Below, in pieces: positions 46,782 through 56,086 of a stretch of DNA of 64,000 nt; within the stretch, counting starts at the first letter, position 1; each line of letters begins with the position of its first letter. This DNA comes from a virus. The stretch spans positions 32,001 to 96,000 of IMG/VR virus record IMGVR_UViG_3300011113_000649; one strand, 5' to 3'. The notes beneath the pieces were generated by a model. The model did no database searches. It had not been told where the DNA came from and worked only from the letters and a program-made list of their open reading frames with translations. The position numbers and the translations under genes are program-made.

Positions 46782-49427
46782 TCAACCAATAATTTGACCA
46801 AAAGATAACTTCAATTCTTCAACACGACTATCATCCATCTTATTCAGCCAGCGGTCTGACCGATGACCATAATAATGTTCAGTATCAAGTTGATTGAGAG
46901 GATTAGTCTTTCTAAGTTCTCTCAGATTGCCCGTTACCGGATGGATACACATAATATACTTCATCATCGGGTTGTTGTCAACCTCCACTTTGATCGTTTT
47001 TCTGAGATCAGCCATTTTTGGACAATCATACTGACCATTAGATGCGGACTTGAAAATCTTCTGGTATTGTCCAACAACATCATCGTTATAGATTGTCGTT
47101 AGCATACCGTTGATTTGATTGTAGACTACATTAGCATCCTTGATTTTGGCACTATCAAGACCATTCACACCAAAATCATGCAATAACTTTGTCATATGGG
47201 CATAGTAATCATCCTTCTTGAATCTGGCGATATCAAAACTCTCACGATGAATAGTGTCTGCAAAGAACTCCACAATCATTAGACTATTAATGATGTCTAC
47301 AACGTTAGGCTTATTGATAAACTTTTCATATTCCAACCCAAAAACATTTAGGATATGAAAAAGGAATTGTCTATCGACATAACCTTCACGGTAGGAACGC
47401 TCGTTCTTATCATCAAGATTATATTCATTCTTACACTTTTGTACAAGATCGTTAAACTGATAGATATCCTTAAACTTGATATCGTTCAATTTCTTGAGCC
47501 GCTTCTTGAACCAAGTATTAAAATCCACAAGGTTATAGCCGTCTTTCTTTAAACGATCAACGACGCTTTTCTTAATAGCATAAACATTTGTATTGTCAAT
47601 TATCTTGTGCTGAGTAAGAAAGTCTTTGTATCCACACAACTTGTGAATTTCTGGATAAATACTATCAGCAATACCATATCTCACAATAGGAAGATAAATA
47701 ATCTCGTCCTCGTTCTCAAGATCATCCAGTCTCTCCTGACTAAGACTTCTCATATAATGAGCATCGTTATAGTCATAGTTAAGACTCTTGGTATCCTTTG
47801 TGTCTCCCAAAATCAAGAAGATTTCTTGATCACTAACGTTACCCTTGCTGTCCTTGCTGGCACGATTCTTGGGAGTAGTTTTAATAAGATCACGATAATC
47901 AGAGACATTAAGAATATTATGTTCGCCAACGTCCTTGACTAAAGACTTAAAACCACTGCTAACCCTTGTGTGATCATTCGAGTCCACCATAAGATATGCA
48001 AAACAATCGTTAGCATTACAATACTTGGTGATAATCTTCTTTGCTGTTTCTGTAGCACTAATATCACACCAGAAGAATTTCATCTCTCCGTTCTTTTTGC
48101 CGCTACTGTTCCAATAGTTATAACCCTTACCGGTAAGAGTATCGTGATGAATTCTATCAGTAAGATAAACCATGCGACGAGAACGATAACCTGCTGTTCG
48201 ATAATTGAATACATACAGATTTTCTTCCTTATCCAACTTATATTCAATATCTTCTCCAGAGTTAATGCTATGGTCTTTGCCAGATGAGTCTGTCCAAGAA
48301 GCACCAACTCCCCATCCTCCAGCAAGATCATTCATCTGGTAATATGTCTGGATTGCTTCCACCTTGGTTTTAGCAGTAGCGATCTTGTTACTGAAATTCT
48401 TCTTCAACTCTACGAAAATATCTTGTGTCTTTTCACGCAAAGTCTTAACAACAGATTTTGTATACTGCAAACCCTCTCGACTAACATCCATCTCAAGTTC
48501 GCCAATACCAAAATCAAGTTCAAGATAAAGACCTTGATCAATGATTTCTCCAACAAAAGCCTTCCAAGAAGCAATATCTGCCTTATTGAAAGCCCTATTC
48601 CACTTAGCGATATGGTCTGGGGTTTCAGCCTTTTCCTCACCAACAAGGTGAGAAACTTCAACGGGATATGCAATATTGCCCATCAAAGCAACAACGCCAC
48701 TTTGAATACGATAATAACTGCTGGGAAACTTCATATTGTCATTATTGAGTCGGCAAACACGCCAACCTTCGCCATCAATCACAACATTACGCTGACTATA
48801 TTCTTTGGTAAAGTCCCAATAAACACCGCCCTCAATAATTGGCTTCATCTTAAAGTAATGAAAAATCCTGATGGCCTTCTGACTGAACTCTTGGAAATCA
48901 TATTGCTTAACAGCAAAACTAATTTCAAGACCATTAGGCTCATTAGTATCCGTACTATGAATAAGATTTAGAGTAGGAACACCAGCCTCATCAATAGCGG
49001 CAATATAAGTATACTGCATACCATTAAAATAAGAAGTAGTTGTAAAACTCTTGGTATAAGCGAATGGACTCTTAGAACCTAGACCAAGACAACCAACAAA
49101 ATCATTACTGTCATTCTTATTGCTAGCACCATATGTTGTATAAAGATGCTCCATGTCCTTCTGACTAAGACCAGTGCCATAATCACGAACACTAAAATTA
49201 GGATTAGCGGCAGTAGGAAGCGTTACCTTAAAAGAATTCTTATTACCAGCACTGATATGGCTATCATAAGCATTAGTAGCAAGTTCACGAATAACAGCCA
49301 TGACCTTATCGGAGTATAGAGAGTCCGAAAGGATTTTAAACATTTTGCTCGTTTGAGCAATAGTGAACTGATTTGTATTGTTGATACCCGCACTGTGAAC
49401 CTCAACCGTCCGATCCGCAAGTTTCAT
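46782..49427 (-). CDS. rIIA: rIIA-like protein (N-terminal GHKL ATPase)
   Basis: ILSDSLYSDK, IRELATNAYDSH, VRDYGTGL, GLGSKSPFAY, SREGL; adjacent to rIIB. Confidence 0.85.
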   Translation of the reverse strand: MKLADRTVEVHSAGINNTNQFTIAQTSKMFKILSDSLYSDKVMAVIRELATNAYDSHISAGNKNSFKVTLPTAANPNFSVRDYGTGLSQKDMEHLYTTYGASNKNDSNDFVGCLGLGSKSPFAYTKSFTTTSYFNGMQYTYIAAIDEAGVPTLNLIHSTDTNEPNGLEISFAVKQYDFQEFSQKAIRIFHYFKMKPIIEGGVYWDFTKEYSQRNVVIDGEGWRVCRLNNDNMKFPSSYYRIQSGVVALMGNIAYPVEVSHLVGEEKAETPDHIAKWNRAFNKADIASWKAFVGEIIDQGLYLELDFGIGELEMDVSREGLQYTKSVVKTLREKTQDIFVELKKNFSNKIATAKTKVEAIQTYYQMNDLAGGWGVGASWTDSSGKDHSINSGEDIEYKLDKEENLYVFNYRTAGYRSRRMVYLTDRIHHDTLTGKGYNYWNSSGKKNGEMKFFWCDISATETAKKIITKYCNANDCFAYLMVDSNDHTRVSSGFKSLVKDVGEHNILNVSDYRDLIKTTPKNRASKDSKGNVSDQEIFLILGDTKDTKSLNYDYNDAHYMRSLSQERLDDLENEDEIIYLPIVRYGIADSIYPEIHKLCGYKDFLTQHKIIDNTNVYAIKKSVVDRLKKDGYNLVDFNTWFKKRLKKLNDIKFKDIYQFNDLVQKCKNEYNLDDKNERSYREGYVDRQFLFHILNVFGLEYEKFINKPNVVDIINSLMIVEFFADTIHRESFDIARFKKDDYYAHMTKLLHDFGVNGLDSAKIKDANVVYNQINGMLTTIYNDDVVGQYQKIFKSASNGQYDCPKMADLRKTIKVEVDNNPMMKYIMCIHPVTGNLRELRKTNPLNQLDTEHYYGHRSDRWLNKMDDSRVEELKLSFGQIIG

Positions 49428-49459
49428 TGTTTTTCTCCAAGTGTCCTGTGATGAGCCCA

Positions 49460-49487
49460 ATCATACCATACTAGTATCGGTTGTCAA
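49460..49487 (-). promoter_or_regulatory. sigma70-type promoter with CCGATA in spacer
   Basis: TTGACA-ACCGATACTAGTATGG-TATGAT. Confidence 0.75.
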
Positions 49488-49726
49488 GCCTCGCTTATTG
49501 AATTTTTAATGGCTCTCCAGCCAAGATACGCGGTAAGTAATCCTAGCAGTCTTATTGGGGTCACTACAATAGTAGTCCACCATAATCCTAAACAAATCGT
49601 AACAATGGCTAAAATTTGTATTATTGTCTTAGGTAATAAGCCATATTTAGATATTAAAAATATAGTTGGACCAGACAAAAGTACAACTAAGAAAATCAAA
49701 CCAACGATAAGTGCTAAACTAGCCAT
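49484..49726 (-). CDS. Three-TM membrane protein
   Basis: Hydrophobic 80-aa ORF. Confidence 0.6.
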   Translation of the reverse strand: MASLALIVGLIFLVVLLSGPTIFLISKYGLLPKTIIQILAIVTICLGLWWTTIVVTPIRLLGLLTAYLGWRAIKNSISEA

Positions 49727-49732
49727 GCTTGA

Positions 49733-50053
49733 TCAATTATCTTCCTCACTCGACCAGAAATCATCTTCTTTTGGAACCCAAGTTTCGTCTGTATCTGTAT
49801 CATAGTCATTTTCTAGATCTTCATCATCTTCTTCCGTAAGCATGATAGTGAAATTATTTAATATTTCCAACATAGTATCAACTTTAAATACTATATTTTG
49901 AACCTCTTTTTTAATTTCTGATATTTCTTTAGCAATTTTTGTGTTGTATTTCTGCAGTTCTACTATTTCTTTTGAGAATAGTTTGTCATTTTCGTTTAGT
50001 TCTTTACTAGTCTTGTCGATTTGTTTGCTAATCTGATCAAGATCTTTTGACAT
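49733..50053 (-). CDS. Coiled-coil protein with acidic tail
   Basis: Heptad pattern, D/E-rich C-terminus. Confidence 0.6.
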   Translation of the reverse strand: MSKDLDQISKQIDKTSKELNENDKLFSKEIVELQKYNTKIAKEISEIKKEVQNIVFKVDTMLEILNNFTIMLTEEDDEDLENDYDTDTDETWVPKEDDFWSSEEDN

Positions 50054-50385
50054 TATACTCTCCTAAATTGCTTATATACTGATATATCGCCATTTTGGTC
50101 TATTTTTTTATCTTCATACGAAGAGGCGGCTCTTCTATAAAATTCTTGTTTGATATTTTCTAATACACCAGTTATCATTGCTATCTTATTATAATTTAAC
50201 TCTCCGCTAGTCCTCATTATAATATTACTAAATAGATAATTTAAATCTCCAAGCACTTTCATAAATTGAACATCTGACGGGTCTGTTTCGAGACATATTT
50301 TTTCCATAGTACATCTAAAATAGAATCCTATGTCTTGAGCGTATTTATCAAGTGCTGGTCTATTTTGTTCATTAATATAGGGCAT
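50053..50385 (-). CDS. Conserved-looking phage protein
   Basis: MPYI...GDLNY...GVLE..KQEFYRR....YEDKK...NGD. Confidence 0.7.
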   Translation of the reverse strand: MPYINEQNRPALDKYAQDIGFYFRCTMEKICLETDPSDVQFMKVLGDLNYLFSNIIMRTSGELNYNKIAMITGVLENIKQEFYRRAASSYEDKKIDQNGDISVYKQFRRV

Positions 50386-50388
50386 TTA

Positions 50389-50964
50389 TTATTCCTCGCA
50401 TTGACATTGATATTTTAAACAGTAACAGCATTTTGGGCCGGGACAAGAATTTCCCCAAGCATTAGCATTTCCATCAAAACTTTCTTTACCAGTGTCTATA
50501 CAAACAACTTTTTTCTTTTTTCCTCTATTAACCAACCCAACATTATACCAATGACAATCCCAAAATTTTAAGCCGGTTTTAGAATATATTTCATCGACCA
50601 GAAATTGAATATTAGCCATACCAATTCTAGTATTCGCCTTATGGGTGATAGCCAATTCCGTAACATATCCCCAATCACTAGGTTCTGGCTGATAAAGATC
50701 ATTTTCTGGAGCAAATTCTAGTTTAGAAATTGTGCTGTATATTTTTGGTGCAAGATCGAACTCTTCTAATTTTTTGTGATATCTATATGATTCTTGGGCT
50801 TTTTTTTTATTACGAATCTCCTTAAATACCATATCTTTCTTATCTTTGATGGCATAAACCTGACAATATCCACCCTCATCAAACCAATCGCTATAATCTA
50901 TAAGATAATTAGGATTAATCATGTGTTTTGTCAACAATTTTTGATCCCATGATTTCTTGAGCAA
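50389..50964 (-). CDS. Protein-kinase-like fold protein
   Basis: EGGYCQVY (Gly loop), VFKE, DCHWYNVG (catalytic loop), CIDTG. Confidence 0.7.
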   Translation of the reverse strand: MLKKSWDQKLLTKHMINPNYLIDYSDWFDEGGYCQVYAIKDKKDMVFKEIRNKKKAQESYRYHKKLEEFDLAPKIYSTISKLEFAPENDLYQPEPSDWGYVTELAITHKANTRIGMANIQFLVDEIYSKTGLKFWDCHWYNVGLVNRGKKKKVVCIDTGKESFDGNANAWGNSCPGPKCCYCLKYQCQCEE

Positions 50965-51244
50965 TATGAATAGCCTCGTTGAGATCGTTTGCTTCGGCCA
51001 ATTTAATTGGGCCTTTTGGAATATCTATCCAATATGATCCATATACTCCATAAAAAACATTCCCAAGGGTACGGTCGTGCATCAAAAATTCTGTAGCGTC
51101 ATAAAATATATCCAGATGCCATTCACCATTTTCGTCTTGAACCTCTTTTACTGTATCAACAAGAAGAAAAGAAAAATTAGGGTGCTTAAAATCTGGATCG
51201 CTGTAAACAACTCCTCTATAAAATTTATTAGGTAGACTTATCAT
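50915..51244 (-). CDS. Hypothetical protein
   Basis: Coupled ORF. Confidence 0.55.
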   Translation of the reverse strand: MISLPNKFYRGVVYSDPDFKHPNFSFLLVDTVKEVQDENGEWHLDIFYDATEFLMHDRTLGNVFYGVYGSYWIDIPKGPIKLAEANDLNEAIHIAQEIMGSKIVDKTHD

Positions 51245-51590
51245 TATGTTTTTTCCAATCTTCAGTTAAAAATTCTTCTCTGTTGGAGTATAGAGGAACA
51301 ACTTTTGTTTGATTATCATATTGATTATAGTGGAGTCTTAGATCATAGAGATCAAGTCTTTCGTTTAACTTACCAAAAGCAACGGGGTTTTCAAATATTT
51401 GTTTAATATCTTTGTTTTCTTGACGAGTTTTAGCTAAATCTTTTTCACAACTTAGCCATCTTTCAGAATTTTTGCTGTCTTCTTTTAATTGTTGCAACTC
51501 TTGCTTGGCATTATTAACAACAAAACGATCAGCACCATTTGCCCAAGCAAAATCAATAAGGAACTCTATGGGATTTGAGTGTTCATTCAT
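51228..51590 (-). CDS. Hypothetical protein
   Basis: Coupled ORF. Confidence 0.55.
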   Translation of the reverse strand: MNEHSNPIEFLIDFAWANGADRFVVNNAKQELQQLKEDSKNSERWLSCEKDLAKTRQENKDIKQIFENPVAFGKLNERLDLYDLRLHYNQYDNQTKVVPLYSNREEFLTEDWKKHNDKST

Positions 51591-51805
51591 GAAGAAAATC
51601 CTATTTTAAATTTTTCTGGAGCCATAGTCTCTATAGTAGAAGGAGCAAAGTATTCTGTATAATATGACCGACCATTCCACCAGCCACATTTGTAGCTAAC
51701 ATTATTATCGCTAGAAATATTAATTTCGACAATGGTTCCATAAACATCGTCGGTCAACTTAACCTTACTACCAATCTTGTTTAGTTCAATTACATTTTTG
51801 CTCAT
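51587..51805 (-). CDS. Small SH3-like/beta protein
   Basis: KIGSKVKL...G...YKCGWW...KIGF. Confidence 0.55.
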   Translation of the reverse strand: MSKNVIELNKIGSKVKLTDDVYGTIVEINISSDNNVSYKCGWWNGRSYYTEYFAPSTIETMAPEKFKIGFSS

Positions 51806-51845
51806 TATATTTCCTTAAGGCTTGTTTCAATATCTACTAATTAAA

Positions 51846-51918
51846 TAAGAGCGGCGGGATTCGAACCCGCACTTGCGACATTTTAAGTGTCGTGTCTCTG
51901 CCGTTGGACTACGCTCTC
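51846..51918 (-). tRNA. tRNA-Leu(UAA), short variable loop, no encoded CCA
   Basis: GAGAGCG...CGACA CT-TAA-AA TGTCG CAAGT GCGGG TTCGAAT CCCGC CGCTCTT A. Confidence 0.9.
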
Positions 51919-51922
51919 ATAA

Positions 51923-51999
51923 GTAATCGACTATAATAATCATTGGTCGAGGTTGATTATGTTTGGGCCTCGCTCATTATAACTATTGTAGCCGACTAC
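51923..51999 (-). ncRNA. Long stem-loop carrying an anti-RBS sequence
   Basis: 21-bp outer stem (20 paired, 4 G-U, 1 mismatch), inner CGAGG/CCTCG stem; CATAATCAACCTC is complementary to the RBS and ATG of the upstream gene. Confidence 0.7.
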
Positions 52000-52021
52000 A
52001 CTAATTTTAAACTATCGACTC

Positions 52022-52303
52022 TCAGCCGTTAGTATGGGCCTTGAGGCGACGAACAATCTCAGCCATAGCCTCGACGTTATCAACCGTCTTAGTAGGCTTT
52101 GCACGTTCCATAGAAGGCAATTCAATGCCCTTCTTAGCCAGAGCGGCTTTTGTACGAGCAAATCGTGCCATCGTACTAGCAACCTTCTGACCAGTCTTAA
52201 TAGCAATCTCAGCATAAGTCTTGGACGAATAAACTGCCTCAAGAAATTGTTCATCACCGCAACGAACACGCTTCTGCTTCTCAACATTAGTAACTTCAGC
52301 CAT
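52022..52303 (-). CDS. Small basic HTH-like protein
   Basis: GGAGG RBS; TYAEIAIKTGQKVASTMAR. Confidence 0.7.
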   Translation of the reverse strand: MAEVTNVEKQKRVRCGDEQFLEAVYSSKTYAEIAIKTGQKVASTMARFARTKAALAKKGIELPSMERAKPTKTVDNVEAMAEIVRRLKAHTNG

Positions 52304-52381
52304 AATCAACCTCCAAATCTTAACTAACCAACTATCTACGCGAGTCAGTCACGCGACTGATTCTCTCGCTTCGACTCTTGT

Positions 52382-52409
52382 ATTCTATCATGCTTTATCG
52401 ACTTGTCAA
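52382..52409 (-). promoter_or_regulatory. sigma70-type promoter with TCGATA in spacer
   Basis: TTGACA-AGTCGATAAAGCATGA-TAGAAT. Confidence 0.75.
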
Positions 52410-52516
52410 CAGGCCGACTTGATTTTTTTCTTTGTTACTGAAAATATTTTTCCAATTTTTTTCCCAAACCTCATAACTTACTGTCTTTGGCCTCGTTTTG
52501 TCTCCTTTTCCATTAC

Positions 52517-52828
52517 TCATTTGAGTATCTCCGATAAATTTATATCCTCAAAAGTTTTTGTATTTTTATCTATTGTAATCTGAGTAGCGGTATTATTTGT
52601 AATTGATCTCAACTTATTAGAATAATTTACTACTTCTTGTAAGTTTTTAATACAACTAGGCATTGTTTGTAATATAAAATCACCGTAAGTTTTATGTGTA
52701 GAAATTTCTGCTATAATTTTACATATGATATCATCAATGACTAAGATTATTTTTGGATCTTCTCTGTATCTATTGACTAGTCTTTGTGCTATCCATCGAA
52801 TATATTCTAAATCATTTTGATTTAACAT
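52517..52828 (-). CDS. Hypothetical protein
   Basis: 103-aa ORF. Confidence 0.55.
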   Translation of the reverse strand: MLNQNDLEYIRWIAQRLVNRYREDPKIILVIDDIICKIIAEISTHKTYGDFILQTMPSCIKNLQEVVNYSNKLRSITNNTATQITIDKNTKTFEDINLSEILK

Positions 52829-53038
52829 TCTAGTACGAAACTCCAGTATCTACTATCTTCTTTCTTAGTTATTTATAAAGAACGTATCGTTAACCATAAA
52901 TCCTAGTATAAATCCTATTGACAATAATCCTAAAAACTGATCGTGTGACCAAAAACAAGAACCTATAAAACTAGCAGTAGCCCCATATAATATTATCAGT
53001 TTTTGTTTTTCTTGTTTAGTCATGCCGATCCCTTTAAT

Positions 53039-53659
53039 TTATTTATCAGATTTTTTAAGATTATCTATAGCCCATAGTGGTTGCAAATTACTATAATGAA
53101 AACATTTTTTCTGTTCTTCTATTTTTGTTAGATCAAAACTAGCACAAGGCTTTATATGGTCTATATGCCATTTTCCATAGTTATCCCAATTCATACCATC
53201 GACAAAAAGATTCTCTAAATATAGTTTTAGATAGTCCCAAGAACAACCAGTTAAATCATATGATGTGCTATTTTTTGATCCTCGTATTAAAGCCATTCTA
53301 ATACGATTACTAATAATTGTTCTTAATCTAAATTGAATATTCTTTTTTCTTTTAAGTCTGCGTTGTTTATTAATTTTATCTCTGTATTTTTCTCTATATT
53401 TTTTAGCATTTATTGAAATTTTATCTGGATTATTTTTTCCCCACAGTTTTCTATGTTCATTAAGACAATCTCTATTTTTCTCACGATATGCCTTTTGTTG
53501 TTGCTTTATTTTCTTTTTATTCTTTTGCCTTCTAATCTGATTGTATACTTTATGACAAAGTTTACAGTATGGGGATTTTCCATCTTTTGATGCTTTTTGA
53601 CTATGGAAATGATCGATTTTTTGTTTTTTATTGCATTTTATACATTGTTTTATTTTCAT
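53039..53659 (-). CDS. HNH homing endonuclease
   Basis: N-terminal C..C/C..C, basic helix, WHIDHIKP...HYSNLQPLWA.DN.KK. Confidence 0.85.
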   Translation of the reverse strand: MKIKQCIKCNKKQKIDHFHSQKASKDGKSPYCKLCHKVYNQIRRQKNKKKIKQQQKAYREKNRDCLNEHRKLWGKNNPDKISINAKKYREKYRDKINKQRRLKRKKNIQFRLRTIISNRIRMALIRGSKNSTSYDLTGCSWDYLKLYLENLFVDGMNWDNYGKWHIDHIKPCASFDLTKIEEQKKCFHYSNLQPLWAIDNLKKSDK

Positions 53660-53699
53660 TGGTATATATCTTTTCGCTTATTGTATACACCAAATCAAA

Positions 53700-54413
53700 C
53701 TAATTTTCAAAAACGTATGACCAATACCTAGAATCTGTTTTATTTTGCTTGGCATCCCAAAATATGCACCTAGCAATATATGCAGGAACGCCTAGTTTAC
53801 CACAATTAACACTCCAGTGCCTTTCCATCTTTTTATATTGATCAAGACCTTTTTTTGATTGATATGTCAGTGTTTTCATACCATACAATTCCAACATATG
53901 AGTGTCTCCACAAAAAACTCTGCACTCATTAGGGTGACACTGTTCCAAAGCAAACGAAACTTTAGCGGTTCCTAGACCAGAGATATTATTAACAATCTGA
54001 TCTCTTTTCTTTACATGATACTTTTTACTGGTTAGATAAAATTGCTTAGGATCTTGCCAGAATTTATCCTTAAACTGCCAAATAAATTTTGTACGATTAT
54101 TATATAGTCCGCATCCACTATTCTTGATTTTTTCTCTAAGCAGTTCTTTATTGTCGATCCAATCATTGAAATCTTTGATAGCATTGTAGCCATTAACATT
54201 ACTTTTCCATGTTGTATGAACACTCATAAAACTAAACAAATATCGTCGGAAAATATCTTCCACATTTTGAGGACGAACACCCTCCCAGTATTCTTTATAT
54301 GCTACCACCTTATCTCGCGGAAAAGTAGCAAAAAAAGTATCGGCCTCGCTTTTGTCAAGAATAGTATTCTGAATAGGAATTACTGTGTTTTCAACAATCA
54401 TGGTAGTCTCCAA
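53700..54413 (-). CDS. HhH-type DNA glycosylase-like protein
   Basis: RDQIVNNISGLGTAKVSF...GDTHML, similar to OGG/HhH-GPD core. Confidence 0.55.
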   Translation of the reverse strand: METTMIVENTVIPIQNTILDKSEADTFFATFPRDKVVAYKEYWEGVRPQNVEDIFRRYLFSFMSVHTTWKSNVNGYNAIKDFNDWIDNKELLREKIKNSGCGLYNNRTKFIWQFKDKFWQDPKQFYLTSKKYHVKKRDQIVNNISGLGTAKVSFALEQCHPNECRVFCGDTHMLELYGMKTLTYQSKKGLDQYKKMERHWSVNCGKLGVPAYIARCIFWDAKQNKTDSRYWSYVFEN

Positions 54414-54426
54414 TGGGTATGCTACG

Positions 54427-54455
54427 ATTCTACACTAGTGGTATCGGCTTGTCAA
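54427..54455 (-). promoter_or_regulatory. sigma70-type promoter with GCCGATA in spacer
   Basis: TTGACA-AGCCGATACCACTAGTG-TAGAAT. Confidence 0.75.
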
Positions 54456-54529
54456 GACCCGTTTCTTGAGTGTAGGGAATCTAAATTTTTTGGTGTATAC
54501 TAATACTAGTATCTAAATAAGGAGTCCGT

Positions 54530-55168
54530 ATGAAAAAACAATGTAGTGAATGTGGTAAATATAAAATTGCTAATAATAAAAATTTCCATAAAAGCAAACA
54601 TCATAAATATGGACTTCATCCGTACTGTAAGGTATGTCAGAAATCTAAAGACAAAAAAAGATATAAAAAAAACGGCGATAAAATACGCAACAGAGTTAGA
54701 CAAAGAACTAAAGATTATCCAGAAAAATTAAAAGCAGAACGTAGGGCATATTATCGTAAAAATAAAAGTAAATTACTCAAACAATGTAAAGAATACGCTC
54801 AAAGACCAGAGAGAAAAAAAAGAATGAGAGAAATACATCAACATAGAATGGAAAATGATATTTTGTATAAATTAAGATTTGTGTTAAGATCAAGAATAAG
54901 TAAAGCGTTTAAAAGAAAAACTGAAAAAAGTAGAGATATTTTAGGTTGTTCTATTGAAGAAGTTCGTAAACATTTAGAAAACCAATTCACCGAAAAAATG
55001 TCCTGGGATAATCATGGAACTTATTGGGAAATAGACCATATAATACCTCTCGCATCTGCCACAGATCAAAAAACTCTTAGAAAATTATGTCACTATTCCA
55101 ATCTACAGCCTTTGGAGGCTAGTAAAAATAGAATAAAAGGTTCTAGATTAGATTGGACAAATATTTAA
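54530..55168 (+). CDS. HNH homing endonuclease (only convincing plus-strand gene)
   Basis: TAAGGAG RBS; WEIDHIIP...HYSNLQPL; paralog of 53039..53659. Confidence 0.88.
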   Translation: MKKQCSECGKYKIANNKNFHKSKHHKYGLHPYCKVCQKSKDKKRYKKNGDKIRNRVRQRTKDYPEKLKAERRAYYRKNKSKLLKQCKEYAQRPERKKRMREIHQHRMENDILYKLRFVLRSRISKAFKRKTEKSRDILGCSIEEVRKHLENQFTEKMSWDNHGTYWEIDHIIPLASATDQKTLRKLCHYSNLQPLEASKNRIKGSRLDWTNI

Positions 55169-56086
55169 TTAAGTATCTCTTTTTTCTCCATAAAGATATT
55201 TAAAGGTCGGAAAACGAAGACTTAGATTTCCGTCTTGGTTCTTCGTTTCTTCAAAATATTGTACCAAAATTTGCTTACCTAAAATCTTACAAGGATTACA
55301 ATAAAACTCTTGTCGTTGATCAATAGTAAAACCACTACCAACTCTAACAGTATGACCCTTATGCTTGATCATAACGCAACTTAGCATAGTTTCTTCATGC
55401 TCCTTGCCATTTAACACATACCTAAACGGCCCCATTTCTGTGTCTACTACTTCATATTCATCATCAAAAAACTTCTTCACCTTTAGCAAATCTTTGCTTC
55501 GCTTGCCCTTATATGGTTCATCTGCTCGTAGCATAACTCCTTCCCAAAAATTATCTGCTGCTTCTTTAACCCATTCTTGAAAATGTTCATCATTATGAAT
55601 CAACTCTTGCTCCAAGACAGTCAAGCATGGACACTCATTGGGTTGCATAATGGCACACAGATGAGCGTATCGAATAGAATATGGTCGATTGCTTTGTCCT
55701 TTTTTGCTGTAAAATTCATCAATAGTAATTATATCGAAAATCTTAAATGACGGATTAGGAATAGTATGATCCTTCTTGCGAAGTTCTTTCATAACTCCTT
55801 GAAAATCTTCATTACCATCTTCATCTACTAGACAAAGTTCTCCATCAAGAACTACGTTAGAAATACCAAGAGCTTTAATCCCATCCCTAACAATATTAAG
55901 AGTATCAAAAATTTTTCCTGTGCGGGAATAGAAGGTAGTATCGCCATTAGTATCAACAATACCAACACATCTACAATTGTGTTTGAGTATACCATTAGCA
56001 AAAAAATTAGCATTATCTGCAACTTCTAGTTCATATTTATATTTTGATTCAATTTTTTCTATTGACTTAATTTTAACAGTTTGCAT
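55169..56086 (-). CDS. Split-intein C-fragment (37 aa) fused to C-terminal part of ATP-dependent DNA ligase
   Basis: YELEVADNANFFANGILKHN/C; then CRC, YSRTGK, LDGEL, FDI, EGVMLR, KRS..LLKVK, VGSGF, LRFP. Confidence 0.92.
   Translation of the reverse strand: MQTVKIKSIEKIESKYKYELEVADNANFFANGILKHNCRCVGIVDTNGDTTFYSRTGKIFDTLNIVRDGIKALGISNVVLDGELCLVDEDGNEDFQGVMKELRKKDHTIPNPSFKIFDIITIDEFYSKKGQSNRPYSIRYAHLCAIMQPNECPCLTVLEQELIHNDEHFQEWVKEAADNFWEGVMLRADEPYKGKRSKDLLKVKKFFDDEYEVVDTEMGPFRYVLNGKEHEETMLSCVMIKHKGHTVRVGSGFTIDQRQEFYCNPCKILGKQILVQYFEETKNQDGNLSLRFPTFKYLYGEKRDT
55976..56086 (-). mobile_element. Split intein, C-fragment
   Basis: Blocks F/G ending HN, with Cys+1 at 55973-55975. Confidence 0.88.

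Noticed and set aside
52012-52327. Overlapping ORFs 52012..52287 (-) and 52034..52327 (+)
   Set aside because: Only the frame starting at 52303 has a strong RBS and promoter
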